Counted from the stretch's first letter, positions 37,826 through 48,851 are shown. The stretch: 64,000 nucleotides of DNA from Rhizomicrobium sp. (GCA_035499995.1 DATJXR010000035.1:25351-89350), one strand, 5' to 3'. Numbers and translations: made by a program. Notes: a model not told the origin generated them from the letters alone.

Positions 37826-39490
37826 TCACCCCAGCGACGGCAGATCAAGTCCGTGTGAGTGTGCGCAATCCACCGCGATGCCGTAGCCGGCGTCGGCGTG
37901 GCGCATGACGCCGCTGGCGGGATCGTTCCACAGCACGCGCGCCAGCCGCCGCGCCGCGGCCTCGGTCCCGTCGGCGACGATGACCTGTCCTGCGTGCTGC
38001 GAATAGCCGATGCCGACGCCGCCGCCGTGATGGATCGACACCCAGGTGGCGCCCGAGGCGCAGTTGAGCAGGGCGTTGAGCAGCGGCCAATCCGACACCG
38101 CGTCGGAGCCGTCCTGCATCGCCTCGGTCTCGCGGTTGGGCGAGGCGACGGAACCGCTGTCCAGGTGATCGCGCCCGATCACCACCGGCGCCTTCAGCTC
38201 GCCCTTCGCCACCATCTCGTTGAAGGCGAGCCCGGCGCGATGGCGGTCGCCCAGGCCGATCCAGCAGATGCGCGCGGGCAGGCCCTGGAACTTGATCCGC
38301 TCCCGCGCCATGTCGAGCCAGTTGTGGAGATGGCGGTCGTTGGGCAGCAGCGCCTTCATCTTCTGGTCGGTCTTGTAGATGTCTTCCGGATCGCCGGAGA
38401 GCGCGGCCCAGCGGAACGGGCCGATGCCGCGGCAGAACAGGGGACGGATATAGGCCGGCACGAAGCCGGGGAAGTCGAAGGCATGGCTCTCGCCTTCCTC
38501 CAGCGCCATCTGGCGGATGTTGTTGCCGTAATCGACGACGGGAATGCCCATCTTGTGAAAGGCGAGCATCGCGCGCACGTGCTCGGCCATGGATGTCTTC
38601 GCCGCGCGCTCGACCGCCTTGGGATCGCTCGCGCGCTTGGCTTCCCATTCGGCCAGCGTCCAGCCCTTGGGCAGATAGCCATTGACGGGATCGTGGGCGG
38701 AGGTCTGGTCGGTGACGGCGTCGGGCCTGACGCCGCGGCGGACGAGTTCGGGCAGGATTTCGGCGGCGTTGCCGAGCAGGCCGACCGACCGCGGCGTCTT
38801 CTCGCGGCAGGCGCGCGCGATCATCTCCAGCGCTTCGTCCAGCGTCGCGGCCTGCGCGTCGAGATATTTCGTGCGCAGCCGCATCTCGATGCGCGAAGGC
38901 TGGCATTCGATGGCGAGCATCGAGGCGCCGGCCATCACCGCGGCGAGCGGCTGCGCCCCGCCCATGCCGCCGAGACCCGCGGTCAATATCCAGCGCCCGG
39001 AAAGATCGCCGCCGTAATGCTTGCGGCCCAGCTCGGCGAAGGTCTCATACGTGCCCTGCACGATGCCCTGGCTGCCGATGTAGATCCACGACCCCGCCGT
39101 CATCTGGCCGTACATCATCAGGCCGCGTCGATCGAGTTCGTGGAATTTGTCCCACGTGGCCCAATGCGGCACGAGGTTGGAATTGGCGATGAGCACGCGC
39201 GGCGCATCGGCATGGGTGCGGAAGATGCCCACGGGCTTGCCCGACTGGATGAGCAGCGACTGGTCGTCCTCCAGCCGCTTCAAGGCGGCCACGATGCGGT
39301 CGAAGCTCTCCCAGTCGCGCGCGGCGCGGCCGATGCCGCCATAGACGACGAGCTCCTCCGGCTTCTCCGCCACCTCGGCGTCGAGATTGTTCATCAGCAT
39401 CCGCATCGCCGCCTCGCTGAGCCACGATCTGCAGCTGATCTCCGGCCCGCGCGGGCTTGCGATCTTCCGGCTGTTGTCGAGGCGGGTCAT
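37826..39490 (-). CDS. hutU: urocanate hydratase
   Basis: 554 aa with the conserved N-terminus [37 protein letters not shown] and a [11 protein letters not shown]-binding motif. Confidence 0.9.
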   Translation of the reverse strand: MTRLDNSRKIASPRGPEISCRSWLSEAAMRMLMNNLDAEVAEKPEELVVYGGIGRAARDWESFDRIVAALKRLEDDQSLLIQSGKPVGIFRTHADAPRVLIANSNLVPHWATWDKFHELDRRGLMMYGQMTAGSWIYIGSQGIVQGTYETFAELGRKHYGGDLSGRWILTAGLGGMGGAQPLAAVMAGASMLAIECQPSRIEMRLRTKYLDAQAATLDEALEMIARACREKTPRSVGLLGNAAEILPELVRRGVRPDAVTDQTSAHDPVNGYLPKGWTLAEWEAKRASDPKAVERAAKTSMAEHVRAMLAFHKMGIPVVDYGNNIRQMALEEGESHAFDFPGFVPAYIRPLFCRGIGPFRWAALSGDPEDIYKTDQKMKALLPNDRHLHNWLDMARERIKFQGLPARICWIGLGDRHRAGLAFNEMVAKGELKAPVVIGRDHLDSGSVASPNRETEAMQDGSDAVSDWPLLNALLNCASGATWVSIHHGGGVGIGYSQHAGQVIVADGTEAAARRLARVLWNDPASGVMRHADAGYGIAVDCAHSHGLDLPSLG

Positions 39491-39513
39491 GGTTCTGCTC
39501 CTGAATCCCTGGT

Positions 39514-39641
39514 GTCATGGCCCGCGAATGCGGGCCACCCAGTTGAAAGCGGCACGAAGGCGACCGGCGATGAAGATGATCTTGCGTTCATTCGAAACCT
39601 TACGAGGTCACCTGGGTGGCCCGCATTCGCGGGCCATGACA
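39514..39641. repeat. family-B MITE-like element, copy 2 (between hutU and hutG)
   Basis: gtcatggcccgcgaatgcgggccacccagttga...tcacctgggtggcccgcattcgcgggccatgaca. Confidence 0.6.
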
Positions 39642-39642
39642 C

Positions 39643-40458
39643 CTAAGTGTGAAGAGAGAACCGAACACACGCTTCGAGAATCCGCGCCAGCACCGCGCGC
39701 AACGCCGCCGCGCGTTCGTCGCGGTAGGGCGCCGGCCAGTTGTCCGGCGTCACCGCGTCCGGCTCGTCGAGGTAGCTGCGGATGGCGAGTTCGAGCTGGA
39801 GCACGTGGACGCCGCTTTCGGGCTTGCCGTAATTGCGCGTCGTCCAGCCGCCCTTGAAGCGGCCGTCGGTGACGCGGGAAAAGCGGCTGGCGAAGGCGGC
39901 CGACTCCACGGCGAGCAGCAGCGCCGGGTCGCAGCTCGCGCCGTCGTTGCTGCCGAAATTGAGATGCGGCAGCTCGCCGTCGAACAGCCGCGGGATGCGC
40001 GAGCGGATCGAATGGGCGTCGAACAGCACGACCCGCGCGTGGCGCGCCCGCAGCCGCGCGATCTCCCCCTCGATCGCAGCGTGATAGGGCTCGAACCAGC
40101 GCGCGCGCCTGTCCGCGATCTCGCCCGCGTCCGGCGCCTCGCCGTCGCGATAAAGCGGCTCGCCGTCGAAACTGGTGGTGGGGCAGAGTTCCGTCGTCGC
40201 CTGTCCGGGATAGAGCGAGCGGCCCGACGGGTCGCGGTTGCAATCGATGACGGTCCGGCAAATCGCGGTGCGGATCACGGTGGCGCCGAGCGGGGGCGCG
40301 AAATCGTAGAGCTTTTCGACATGCCAGTCCGTGTCCTTGCGGGCGAGCCAGGGCGAGACCAGGCGGGCCTCGATGCCGCCGGGGATCTCGGTGCCGGTGT
40401 GCGGCAGCGATACGATCAGCGGCGCCTCGCCGCGCGCGACGGTGAGCCAGTCAGCCAT
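39643..40458 (-). CDS. hutG: N-formylglutamate amidohydrolase (deformylase)
   Basis: 271 aa. Assigned to the FGase family (zinc-dependent, LPHTGTEIP...DAHS motifs). Confidence 0.8.
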   Translation of the reverse strand: MADWLTVARGEAPLIVSLPHTGTEIPGGIEARLVSPWLARKDTDWHVEKLYDFAPPLGATVIRTAICRTVIDCNRDPSGRSLYPGQATTELCPTTSFDGEPLYRDGEAPDAGEIADRRARWFEPYHAAIEGEIARLRARHARVVLFDAHSIRSRIPRLFDGELPHLNFGSNDGASCDPALLLAVESAAFASRFSRVTDGRFKGGWTTRNYGKPESGVHVLQLELAIRSYLDEPDAVTPDNWPAPYRDERAAALRAVLARILEACVRFSLHT

Positions 40459-41629
40459 CCGCGCCCCCGAAGATCCGGGCGTGCAGGGGATTGAAGCCCA
40501 TGCGGTAGACGAGCTCCGCCGGGCGCGCGATGTCCCAGATCGCGAGATCGCAGCGGCGCCCCTCCTCCAGCACGCCGATATCGCCGCGGCCGAGCGCGCG
40601 CGCGGCGTTGCGCGTCACGCCCATGAGGCATTCCTCGACCGTGAGGCCGAAGCAGGTGGCGGCCATGTTCATCGCCAGGAGCAGCGAGGTCAGCGGCGAG
40701 GTGCCGGGGTTGCAGTCGGTGGCTACCGCGATGGGCACCTTGTGCGCGCGCAGCAGATCGACCGGAGGGACCTTCGTTTCGCGCAGGAAATAGAACGCCC
40801 CCGGCAGCAGCACGGCCACGGTGCCGGCCTGTGCCATCGCGCGCACGCCAGCCTCGCCGGTGTGTTCGAGATGATCGGCCGAGAGCGCGCCGTAGCGGGC
40901 CGCCAGCTCGGCGCCGCCGCCGTCGCTGAGCTGGTCGGCATGGAGCTTCACCGGCAATCCGTGGGCGCGCGCCGCCTCGAACACGCGCGCGACCTGGGCG
41001 GGCGAGAACGCGATGGTCTCGGCGAAGGCGTCCACGGCCGCGGCCAGCGGCGCGATTTTGGGAATCATGGCGCAGACGGAGTCGATATAGGCGTCCTTGC
41101 TGCCCGCTTCCGGCGGCAGGGCGTGGGCGCCGAGGAACGTTGTGACGACATCCACCTTGCGCCGCGCGGCCAGTTCGCGCGCCGCATGGAGCATGGCCGT
41201 CTCCGCCTCCAGCGACAGCCCGTAGCCGGACTTGATCTCGACGGTGGTGACGCCTTCGGCGAGCAGCGCGTCCAGCCGCGGCAGCGCCTGCTCGACGAGT
41301 TCGCCCTCGCTGGCGTCGCGCGTAGCCTGCACGGTGGAGGCGATGCCGCCGCCCGCGCGCGCGATCTCCTCATAGGTCGCGCCGCCCAGCCGCATCTCGA
41401 ACTCGCGGGCGCGGTCGCCGGCATAGACGAGATGGGTGTGGCAGTCGATCAGCCCCGGCGTGATCCAGCGGCCCTGGCAGTCGATGCGCTCGGCCTTGGG
41501 GAAGGCCGGCGCCGCCATGGCCGGGCCGGCATAGACGATGCGCTCGCCGTCCGCCGCCACGACGCCGATGCCGGCCGGCGCGTGTCCCGGCCGCGCGGTG
41601 AAGAGACGTGCATTGTGCCAGACGCGCAT
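40451..41629 (-). CDS. hutI: imidazolonepropionase
   Basis: 392 aa from the internal Met ([10 protein letters not shown]...) of track ORF 40451..42967. Amidohydrolase motifs (DCHTHL). Overlaps the hutG start by 8 nt. The upstream 446 aa of the track ORF is antisense to hutF. Confidence 0.9.
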   Translation of the reverse strand: MRVWHNARLFTARPGHAPAGIGVVAADGERIVYAGPAMAAPAFPKAERIDCQGRWITPGLIDCHTHLVYAGDRAREFEMRLGGATYEEIARAGGGIASTVQATRDASEGELVEQALPRLDALLAEGVTTVEIKSGYGLSLEAETAMLHAARELAARRKVDVVTTFLGAHALPPEAGSKDAYIDSVCAMIPKIAPLAAAVDAFAETIAFSPAQVARVFEAARAHGLPVKLHADQLSDGGGAELAARYGALSADHLEHTGEAGVRAMAQAGTVAVLLPGAFYFLRETKVPPVDLLRAHKVPIAVATDCNPGTSPLTSLLLAMNMAATCFGLTVEECLMGVTRNAARALGRGDIGVLEEGRRCDLAIWDIARPAELVYRMGFNPLHARIFGGADG

Positions 41630-41677
41630 TCTTGCCCATTCTTGCCCTGGGGCCATCGAACGTCTCTTATGTAGTCC

Positions 41678-43027
41678 ATGTCGCTCTGGTTCGGAACCGC
41701 GCTGCTGCCGGATGGCTGGGCCGCCGATGTGCGGATCGCCATAGCACAGGGCCGCATCGCGCGGATCGAATCGGGCGTCGCGGCGCAGGCCGGGGACGAG
41801 CGCCATGCCATCGGCCTTCCGGGCCTGTGCAATCTGCATTCGCACGCCTTCCAGCGCGGCATGGCCGGGCTCGCCGAGAGGCGCGGTCCGGCCCACGACA
41901 ATTTCTGGACCTGGCGGGAGGTGATGTACCGCTTCCTCGACCGGCTCTCGCCGGAGGACGTGGAGGACATCGCGCTGCTGGCCTATGTCGAGATGCTGGA
42001 GACGGGCTTCACCCGCGTGGGCGAATTCCACTATCTGCACCACGATCCGCGGGGCGCGCCCTATGCCGACATCGGCGAGCTGGCGGCACGCATCGCCGCC
42101 GCCGCGCAGCAGGCGGGCATCGGGCTCACGCTGCTGCCCGTCTTCTACGCGCACGCCAATTTCGGCGGCGCGCCGCCCGCGCCGGGCCAGCGCCGCTTCA
42201 TCAATTCGGTGGACGGCTTCGCCGCCTTGATGGAAAGGAGCGCCGCTTCCATCGCCTGCCTCGAAGGCGCGAACATCGGCGTGGCGCCGCACAGCTTGCG
42301 CGCGGTGACGGCGGAGGAACTGGCGCGCATCGCGCCGCTGGCCGGGGGCGGGCCGGTGCACATCCACGCCGCGGAGCAGACCGGGGAGGTCGAGGATTCC
42401 CTCGCCTGGTCCGGCGCGCGCCCGGTCGAATGGCTGCTCGATCACGCCGCCATCGACGCGCACTGGTGCCTGGTGCATGCGACCCACATGACCGCGGGCG
42501 AGACCGGGCGCCTGGCGCGGTCCGGCGCGGTGGCGGGGCTTTGTCCCGTCACCGAAGCCAATCTCGGCGACGGCGTGTTTCCGGCGGAGGCCTTTCTCGA
42601 TGCCGGCGGGCATTTCGGGATCGGCACCGACTCCAACGTCCTGATCGGCGCGGCGGGCGAGCTGCGCGCGCTGGAGTATGCGCAGCGCCTCGCCCGGCGC
42701 GCGCGCAATCTCATCCCGCGGGAGGCGGGCCGCTCGACCGGGCGCGAACTCTTCGGCCGGGCGCTCGAAGGCGGGGCGCGCGCGCTCGGCCGCGAGGCGG
42801 GCGGCCTCGGCGAGGGCGCCCCGGCCGACCTCGTGAGTCTCGACGGCACGGACGTTTCGCTCGCCGGCCGTTCCGGCGATGCGATTCTCGACAGCTGGAT
42901 CTTCGCCGGCGCGCGAATCGATTGCGTCTGGCGCCACGGCCGCAAGGTCGTGGCCGGCGGGCGCCACCGCATCCGCGACGCCGCCGAGGCGCGCTACCGG
43001 GCCGCGATGGCGCGGATTCTGTCCTGA
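41678..43027 (+). CDS. hutF: formimidoylglutamate deiminase
   Basis: 449 aa, amidohydrolase superfamily (HSHAFQ motif). Divergent from hutI. Confidence 0.85.
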   Translation: MSLWFGTALLPDGWAADVRIAIAQGRIARIESGVAAQAGDERHAIGLPGLCNLHSHAFQRGMAGLAERRGPAHDNFWTWREVMYRFLDRLSPEDVEDIALLAYVEMLETGFTRVGEFHYLHHDPRGAPYADIGELAARIAAAAQQAGIGLTLLPVFYAHANFGGAPPAPGQRRFINSVDGFAALMERSAASIACLEGANIGVAPHSLRAVTAEELARIAPLAGGGPVHIHAAEQTGEVEDSLAWSGARPVEWLLDHAAIDAHWCLVHATHMTAGETGRLARSGAVAGLCPVTEANLGDGVFPAEAFLDAGGHFGIGTDSNVLIGAAGELRALEYAQRLARRARNLIPREAGRSTGRELFGRALEGGARALGREAGGLGEGAPADLVSLDGTDVSLAGRSGDAILDSWIFAGARIDCVWRHGRKVVAGGRHRIRDAAEARYRAAMARILS

Positions 43028-43030
43028 CGC

Positions 43031-43187
43031 TTCCTCCCCCCGGGAGCGGGGGAGGTGGATGGCGAGCGCGTAGCGCGAGACAGACGGAGGGGGCGTGTCA
43101 GTGCCGACGGGCGAAGCTCACCTTCTCCACCGCCGTCCCCCTCCACCGGCTTCGCCGGTCCCCTCCCCCGCTCTCGCGGTGGAGGAA
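43031..43187. repeat. family-C palindromic element (CCTCCCCCGSGAGMGCGGGGGAGGTGGA core)
   Basis: ttcctccccccgggagcgggggaggtggatggcgagcgcgtagcgcgag...ccctcccccgctctcgcggtggaggaag. The tail GGCGAGCGCGTAGCGCGAG is shared with family-A copy 1. Confidence 0.55.
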
Positions 43188-43264
43188 GTGTGGGGGCCCG
43201 AATCGGATCAATATGCGTTTGACTGACGGGGAGGGGACCCCGCCTTCATGCTAAGACTTCGTCC

Positions 43265-44428
43265 ATGGTGAGGAATTTCCAGGTCCACCTGCCGGTGGAG
43301 AACCCGGCGGTCGTGCGCCTCGAGACGCGCGGCGGCAAGGCGCGCCTGGTGGCGACGGGCGACTGGACCATGCCGGAAGTCCCCCGGCTCGATTCGGAGC
43401 TCCGCCGCCTGGACTACGGCGATGCGCGCGAGGCCGACATCGACGGCGGCGGGATCAAGGCGCTCGACAGCGCCGGCGCCTGGCTCCTCCTGCGCTCCAA
43501 GCGCGAGATGGAAGACGGCGGCGTCCGCGTCGCCTCCTTCGCGATGCCGCCGCGCTACGCGCCGCTGCTCGAGACCATGGAGCGCGAGCACAAATCGCCG
43601 CCGGTGACCCACGATCGCGAGGGCGGGCTGATGGGCCTGCTCCTGCGCACCGGGCAGGGCACGGTGCAGGCGCTGCGCCAGGGCTACGATCTCGTCGGCT
43701 TCCTCGGGCGCATCACGGTGGAGACCTGGGAGGCGATCCTGTCGCCGCGGCGCGAATTGCCGTGGCCCGCCTTCGTCCACCAGATCGAGGAGACCGGCGT
43801 CACGGCGCTGCCCATCGTGGGCATGCTCGCCTTCCTGCTGGGCGTGGTGCTCGCCTACCAGGGCGCCGACCAGCTGCGCCGCTTCGGGGCGGAGATCTAC
43901 ACCATCGATTTCCTCGGCGTCGGCTTCCTGCGCGAATTGGGCGGGCTCGTCACCGCCATCATCATCGCCGGCCGCTCGGGCTCGGCCTTCACCGCCCAGA
44001 TCGGCACCATGCGCGTCAACGAGGAGACCGACGCCATGCAGACCATCGGCCTCAACATCGCCGAGGTGCTGGTGCTGCCGCGCGTGCTGGGGCTGGTGAT
44101 CGCGCTGCCGCTGCTGACGTTCTACGCCGACGTGGTCGGCATCGTCGGCGGCATGGTGATGACCTATTTCGACCTCGGCATCACCATCCCCGCCTTCATG
44201 CGCGAGCTGCAGGGCGCGATCAACTTCAACACGCTGATGGTGGGCCTCATCAAGGCCCCGGTCTTCGCCTTCGTCATCGCGCTGGTCGGCTGCTTCGAAG
44301 GCATGCGGGTCGAGCGCAACGCCGACAGCGTGGGCAAGCTCACCACCCGCTCGGTGGTGGAATCCATCTTCCTGATCATCGCGCTCGACGCGATGTTCTC
44401 CATCGTCTTCTCGGTGCTGAAGATATGA
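43265..44428 (+). CDS. MlaE/Ttg2B-type ABC transporter permease with N-terminal STAS domain
   Basis: 387 aa. The N-terminal ~110 aa are STAS-like and the C-terminal MlaE permease domain has 5-6 TM helices. Confidence 0.8.
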   Translation: MVRNFQVHLPVENPAVVRLETRGGKARLVATGDWTMPEVPRLDSELRRLDYGDAREADIDGGGIKALDSAGAWLLLRSKREMEDGGVRVASFAMPPRYAPLLETMEREHKSPPVTHDREGGLMGLLLRTGQGTVQALRQGYDLVGFLGRITVETWEAILSPRRELPWPAFVHQIEETGVTALPIVGMLAFLLGVVLAYQGADQLRRFGAEIYTIDFLGVGFLRELGGLVTAIIIAGRSGSAFTAQIGTMRVNEETDAMQTIGLNIAEVLVLPRVLGLVIALPLLTFYADVVGIVGGMVMTYFDLGITIPAFMRELQGAINFNTLMVGLIKAPVFAFVIALVGCFEGMRVERNADSVGKLTTRSVVESIFLIIALDAMFSIVFSVLKI

Positions 44429-44443
44429 GCGGGTTCTTCCAAC

Positions 44444-44557
44444 CTCCCCCTTGCGGGGAGGTCGAAAAAGCGAAGCTTTTTCGGGTGGGGCGCCCCCACC
44501 CGAAAAACCCCTGCGCTTCGCTTCGGGATTTTTCGACCTCCCCGCGAGGGGGAGGTC
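44444..44557. repeat. family-A palindromic element, copy 4, located inside the mlaE-mlaF operon
   Basis: AACCTCCCCCTTGCGGGGAGGTCGAAAAAGCGAAGCTTTTTCGGGTGGGGCGCCCCCACCCGAAAAACC...GCTTCGCTTCGGGATTTTTCGACCTCCCCGCGAGGGGGAGGTCAC. Confidence 0.65.
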
Positions 44558-44570
44558 ACGGTATGGCGTC

Positions 44571-45347
44571 ATGAGCGGGACCGGCACCAAAGACCCCGTC
44601 GTCATCCGCGTCCGCGGGCTCGTCAACGGGTTCGGCGGGACGGTGATCCACGACCATCTGGACCTGGACGTGAAGCGCGGCGAGGTGCTGGGCGTGGTCG
44701 GCGGCTCGGGAACCGGAAAATCGGTGCTGCTGCGCTCCATCATCGGGCTCAACAAGCCGCTGGAAGGCTCGATCAAGGTGTTCGGCCAGGAGACGGTCGG
44801 CATGGACACCGAGGAACTGCGCGGATTGCAGCTGCGCTGGGGCGTGCTGTTCCAGGAAGGCGCGCTGTTCTCCTCCCAGACCGTGGCGCAGAACATCCAG
44901 GTGCCGATGCGGCGCTGGACCAGCATGTCGCAATCGCTGATGGACGAGCTGGCGGCCCTGAAGCTCACCATGGTCGGCCTGCCGCCGGACGCGGCGAGGA
45001 AATTCCCCTCCGAGCTTTCCGGCGGCATGAAGAAGCGCGCGGGCCTGGCGCGCGCGCTGGCGCTCGATCCGGAGCTGCTGTTCCTCGACGAGCCGACGGC
45101 AGGCCTCGATCCGATCTCGGCCGCCCAGTTCGACGAGCTGGTCAAGAGCCTGCAGGAGAGCCTGGGCCTCACCGTCTTCATGGTCACCCACGACATCGAT
45201 ACGCTGCGCGCCACCACCGACCGCATCGCGGTGCTGGTGAAGAAGGGCATGAAGGTAGGGACCATCCAGACCCTGATGAAGGACAGCGATCCCTGGATCC
45301 ACGAATATTTCTCCGGCCCGCGCGGACGCGCGGCGCTGGACGCCTGA
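44571..45347 (+). CDS. MlaF-type ABC transporter ATP-binding protein
   Basis: Met 41 of track ORF 44451..45347 (MSGTGTKDPVVIRV...). Walker A (GGSGTGKS), ABC signature (LSGGMKKR) and Walker B (LLFLDEP). Confidence 0.85.
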   Translation: MSGTGTKDPVVIRVRGLVNGFGGTVIHDHLDLDVKRGEVLGVVGGSGTGKSVLLRSIIGLNKPLEGSIKVFGQETVGMDTEELRGLQLRWGVLFQEGALFSSQTVAQNIQVPMRRWTSMSQSLMDELAALKLTMVGLPPDAARKFPSELSGGMKKRAGLARALALDPELLFLDEPTAGLDPISAAQFDELVKSLQESLGLTVFMVTHDIDTLRATTDRIAVLVKKGMKVGTIQTLMKDSDPWIHEYFSGPRGRAALDA

Positions 45348-45360
45348 GGAGACGAGAGCC

Positions 45361-46221
45361 ATGGAAACCAAGGCCAACTACGTGGCGGTCGGCGCCTTCG
45401 TGCTGATCCTGGTGCTGGGCGGGGTGATCGCGCTGCTCTGGCTGGCGGGGGCGCAGTACAGCGAGGAGTACGCCTACTACCGGACCTATTTCACCGGCAG
45501 CGTGACCGGGCTGGGCGAGGGCACGGCGGTGCGCTACAACGGCATCCAGGTCGGGCGCGTCTCCAAGCTCACCTTCGATCCCAACGATCCCAAGCGCGTG
45601 GTCGTCAATCTGCAGATCAATCCCGAGCTGCACATCCCCGACGATTCGGTGGCCTCCATCGCCAGCGAAGGGCTGACCGGTGGCTCCTATGTCGAGATCG
45701 ACGGCGGCTCCAAGGGCAGGCCCACGCTCAAGCCCTCGATGTTCGGGGCGCCGCCGGTGATCAATTCCAAGCCGTCGACGCTGCAGGAGCTGGAGCAGTC
45801 CGCGCCGCAGCTCGTCGCCAAGCTGAACGGCATCGCCGACAGGCTCAACAACGTGCTGAGCCCGCAAAACCAGGCGGCCATCACGCACACGCTGGCCAAC
45901 CTGGATTCGATGACCACGGCCATCGCCCGCCACGACAAGGACATCGAGACCACGCTCACCAACGTCTCCAGCGCCACGGGCAAGCTCGACACCGATCTTT
46001 CCGACCTCCACGTCACGCTGACCAACGCCAACGGCGCGGTGACGAAGGTGGGCCGGCTTGCCGACGACGCCGACGCGGCCGTCAACGGCGCCGATATCGG
46101 CCAGCTCTCCGACCAGCTGCGTTCGCTGGCCGCCAGCCTGACGCGGCTGTCGAACCAGTTCTCCCACGAGCCCACGCGCCTCATCTACGGCGACCGCAGG
46201 AAGGGATACACCCCGCCATGA
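45361..46221 (+). CDS. MlaD/MCE-family periplasmic substrate-binding component
   Basis: 286 aa with an N-terminal TM anchor and an MCE domain. Confidence 0.8.
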   Translation: METKANYVAVGAFVLILVLGGVIALLWLAGAQYSEEYAYYRTYFTGSVTGLGEGTAVRYNGIQVGRVSKLTFDPNDPKRVVVNLQINPELHIPDDSVASIASEGLTGGSYVEIDGGSKGRPTLKPSMFGAPPVINSKPSTLQELEQSAPQLVAKLNGIADRLNNVLSPQNQAAITHTLANLDSMTTAIARHDKDIETTLTNVSSATGKLDTDLSDLHVTLTNANGAVTKVGRLADDADAAVNGADIGQLSDQLRSLAASLTRLSNQFSHEPTRLIYGDRRKGYTPP

Positions 46222-46922
46222 CCACGACACCGATCACGATGCCCGCGACCTCGCGGCGCGCGTTCCTCGCCTCGGCGGCCACCCTCGCGCTCGCCGGCTG
46301 CGGCAGCCTGTTGTCGCCGTCCAATCCGCCCAACCAGATCTACGTGCTCGATCCCCCCTTCTCGGCGATCCCCGGGCCGGCGGTGGATTGGGCGCTGGTG
46401 ATCACGCAGACCGACGTGCCCAGCGTCTACGACACAGAGCGGCTCGCGCTGAAGCGCAACGAGACCATGGACTACTACGCCAACACCCAGTGGACGGACT
46501 CCACGCCGCGGCTGCTGCAGTCCCTGATGGTGGAGGCGTTCGAGAAGAGCGGGCGCATCCAGGGCGTGGCGCGCGACACCGGCGGCGTGCATGGCGACTT
46601 CATCCTGGCGCCGGAGCTGCGCCATTTCGAGGCGCTCTACGACCAGGGCGACGGCGCGCCGCGGATCGACGTCAACATCGTGGTCAAGCTGCTGTCGCTG
46701 CCGCGCCGCGAGGTGCTGGCGACGCATGACGCCTTCCAGCGCGTGCGCGCCGGCGCCAACAGCGTGCCGGCCGTGGTCCAGGCCTTCAACCAGGCCACCG
46801 GCGCCGCCATCGAGGACATCGTGCAATGGACGCTGGGCGCCGGGACGACGCAGGCCCCGGCGCCGGACGCCGGCCCGGCGCCCGCGCCCCCGATGCACCG
46901 CCGCCGCCACCGGCCGCGATGA
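46218..46922 (+). CDS. ABC-transporter auxiliary lipoprotein (YmbA/DUF330-like)
   Basis: 234 aa with a lipobox (LALAGCGS). Overlaps the mlaD stop by 4 nt, which is a common fourth gene of MCE operons. Confidence 0.7.
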   Translation: MTTTPITMPATSRRAFLASAATLALAGCGSLLSPSNPPNQIYVLDPPFSAIPGPAVDWALVITQTDVPSVYDTERLALKRNETMDYYANTQWTDSTPRLLQSLMVEAFEKSGRIQGVARDTGGVHGDFILAPELRHFEALYDQGDGAPRIDVNIVVKLLSLPRREVLATHDAFQRVRAGANSVPAVVQAFNQATGAAIEDIVQWTLGAGTTQAPAPDAGPAPAPPMHRRRHRPR

Positions 46923-47000
46923 CGCAACGGCCCGAAAGCCGGCGGATGCGCCCCGCCTGCCGGGCTTTGCCACCCCGATGACGCTCCTGTAACAAACCGC

Positions 47001-47576
47001 ATGGCCGACGCGAAAACCTCTTCCGGGGCGAAGGACGGCGCCCGGGAAACCGAATGGGCCGGGCTGATGCGCGCGGGCCTGGCCGGTGACGACGCGGCCT
47101 ATCGCAAGCTCCTCGAAAGGCTTGCGCCGGTCCTGCGCGTCATCGCGCGGCGCGGCCTGTCGCGCGCGGGCTCCGCCGACATCGAGGACGTGGTGCAGGA
47201 GACACTTTTGGCGATTCACCTGAAGCGCCATACCTGGATGACCGATCAGCCCTTCAAGCCGTGGCTGAACGCGATCGCGCGCCACAAGCTGATCGACGTC
47301 CTGCGCCGCAAGGGCCGCCGCGGCGAGGTGCCCATCGACGGCCTGGAGGATGCGCTGCCCGGCGAGTCCGGGGCGGTGGAAACCTCGCAGGGGGAACTGG
47401 CCCGGCTGGTCGCGCGGCTCGAGGGCCGCCAGCTCGAGGTGGTGCGCGGCATCTCGCTGGGCGGGGACAGCATCGCCGAGACGGCCGCCAGGCTCGGCAT
47501 GAGCGAGGGAGCGGTGCGGGTGACGCTGCATCGGGGGCTGAAGAAACTCTCCGAACTGTTCCGGGGCGCGCCATGA
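47001..47576 (+). CDS. ECF-type RNA polymerase sigma-70 family factor
   Basis: 191 aa with region 2 (DVVQETLLAIHLKRHTW) and region 4 HTH (ISLGGDSIAETAARLGMSEGAVRVTLHRG). Confidence 0.8.
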   Translation: MADAKTSSGAKDGARETEWAGLMRAGLAGDDAAYRKLLERLAPVLRVIARRGLSRAGSADIEDVVQETLLAIHLKRHTWMTDQPFKPWLNAIARHKLIDVLRRKGRRGEVPIDGLEDALPGESGAVETSQGELARLVARLEGRQLEVVRGISLGGDSIAETAARLGMSEGAVRVTLHRGLKKLSELFRGAP

Positions 47577-48208
47577 GCACGGAAAATCTCATCGCCGCGC
47601 TCGCCGCGGACAGGAGCCGGGGGATGAAGCCGGGGCGCGCGCTGGCGGCCGCGGCGGCCGCCGGCATCGCCGCCACGGCGATCGTCTTCTTCGCCTTCGT
47701 CCATCCGCGGCCGGATTTCATGCCGGCGATGCACAGCTGGCGCTTCGTGACGAAGTTCGTGCTCGCCTTCGCGCTGGCGGCGAGCGCGTCGGCGCTGGTG
47801 CTGCGCGCCGGCCGCCCCGACGACGGGCATGGCGCACGCGATCGTCTGCTGTGGATCGCGCCCGCCATGCTTTTCGCGGCACTGGTTGTGGAGCTGTTCA
47901 GCCTCGCGCCGGACGAATGGACTGCGCGCTGGATCGGCCACAACGCCACGATCTGCCTGCGCCTGATCCCGCTGCTTTCGCTTGCGCCGCTCGCGGCCCT
48001 GCTGCTCGCGCTGCGCGGGGCCGCTCCGGCGATGCCGGCGCGCGCCGGCGCGCTGGCGGGGCTCGCGGCCGGCGGCATCGGCGCGCTGTTCTACGCGGCG
48101 CACTGCTTCGACGATTCGCCGCTCTTCGTCGCCACCTGGTACACCATCGCCATAACGTTCGTGACGCTTCTGGGCGCGTGGATCGGCAGCCGCGTGCTGC
48201 GCTGGTGA
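47573..48208 (+). CDS. NrsF-family (DUF1109) membrane anti-sigma factor
   Basis: Met 105 of track ORF 47261..48208 (MSTENLIAALAADRS...). The ATG overlaps the sigma stop. Six hydrophobic helices and the conserved N-terminal LIxxLAADxxP-like motif. Confidence 0.7.
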   Translation: MSTENLIAALAADRSRGMKPGRALAAAAAAGIAATAIVFFAFVHPRPDFMPAMHSWRFVTKFVLAFALAASASALVLRAGRPDDGHGARDRLLWIAPAMLFAALVVELFSLAPDEWTARWIGHNATICLRLIPLLSLAPLAALLLALRGAAPAMPARAGALAGLAAGGIGALFYAAHCFDDSPLFVATWYTIAITFVTLLGAWIGSRVLRW

Positions 48209-48344
48209 GGCGGCGAATTTCCGCTTTGCGAATTTCCGGTATGGCGCTAGCTTCGCTGCCGCGCGCGGCTTCGGGGGAAGGCGCGGGCATCCGCGTGGGA
48301 GCGTTGGGCGCGGATTTCATCAACAGACCCGAACAAGGGCATGC

Positions 48345-48851
48345 ATGTCACCGCGTTTGTCTGGCGTAAGTAGCGAAGCCGATCCGCAGATTCTCGAACA
48401 TCCGGTCCTCAGGTTCCTGAGGGACTATTGGGAGGCCAAGCGCGCGGGCCGCAAGATGCCCGCGCGCGCCGACATCCGGCCTTCGGAAATGAAGGAGCAT
48501 CTCGGCTGGGTGATCCTGGTCGATGCGCTGGCGGATTTCGCGGACTTCCGGTACCGCATGATCGGCTCGCGGGTGTCGCAATATTTCCTGCAGGATTCCA
48601 CCGGCAGGACGGTGCGCGAGGCCTTCGCGCCCTATGGCGAGGCCGCGGTCAACGCGGTGGTGGCCGTGCACCGCAAATGCGCCCGCGACCAGGTGGTGCT
48701 GCGCTCCTTCGGCGGCGCGGGGTGGCTCGGACGCTCCTTCCTCGACTTCGACTCCCTGTACCTGCCGCTGTCGGAGGACGGGGTCACGGTCAACATGATC
48801 CTGAGCTGCTTCACCTTCGACCAGGCGGCGCTGATCAGGGCGCGCGGGTAG
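48345..48851 (+). CDS. small PAS-domain protein (PAS_5-like, alphaproteobacteria-specific family)
   Basis: 168 aa. Family assignment by recollection of PAS_5 patterns. Low-GC upstream region. Confidence 0.55.
   Translation: MSPRLSGVSSEADPQILEHPVLRFLRDYWEAKRAGRKMPARADIRPSEMKEHLGWVILVDALADFADFRYRMIGSRVSQYFLQDSTGRTVREAFAPYGEAAVNAVVAVHRKCARDQVVLRSFGGAGWLGRSFLDFDSLYLPLSEDGVTVNMILSCFTFDQAALIRARG

Noticed and set aside
40451-42967. 838-aa single protein (track ORF) covering hutI and the antisense of hutF
   Set aside because: Only the C-terminal 392 aa (from [10 protein letters not shown]) are imidazolonepropionase. The upstream part is antisense to the well-supported hutF.
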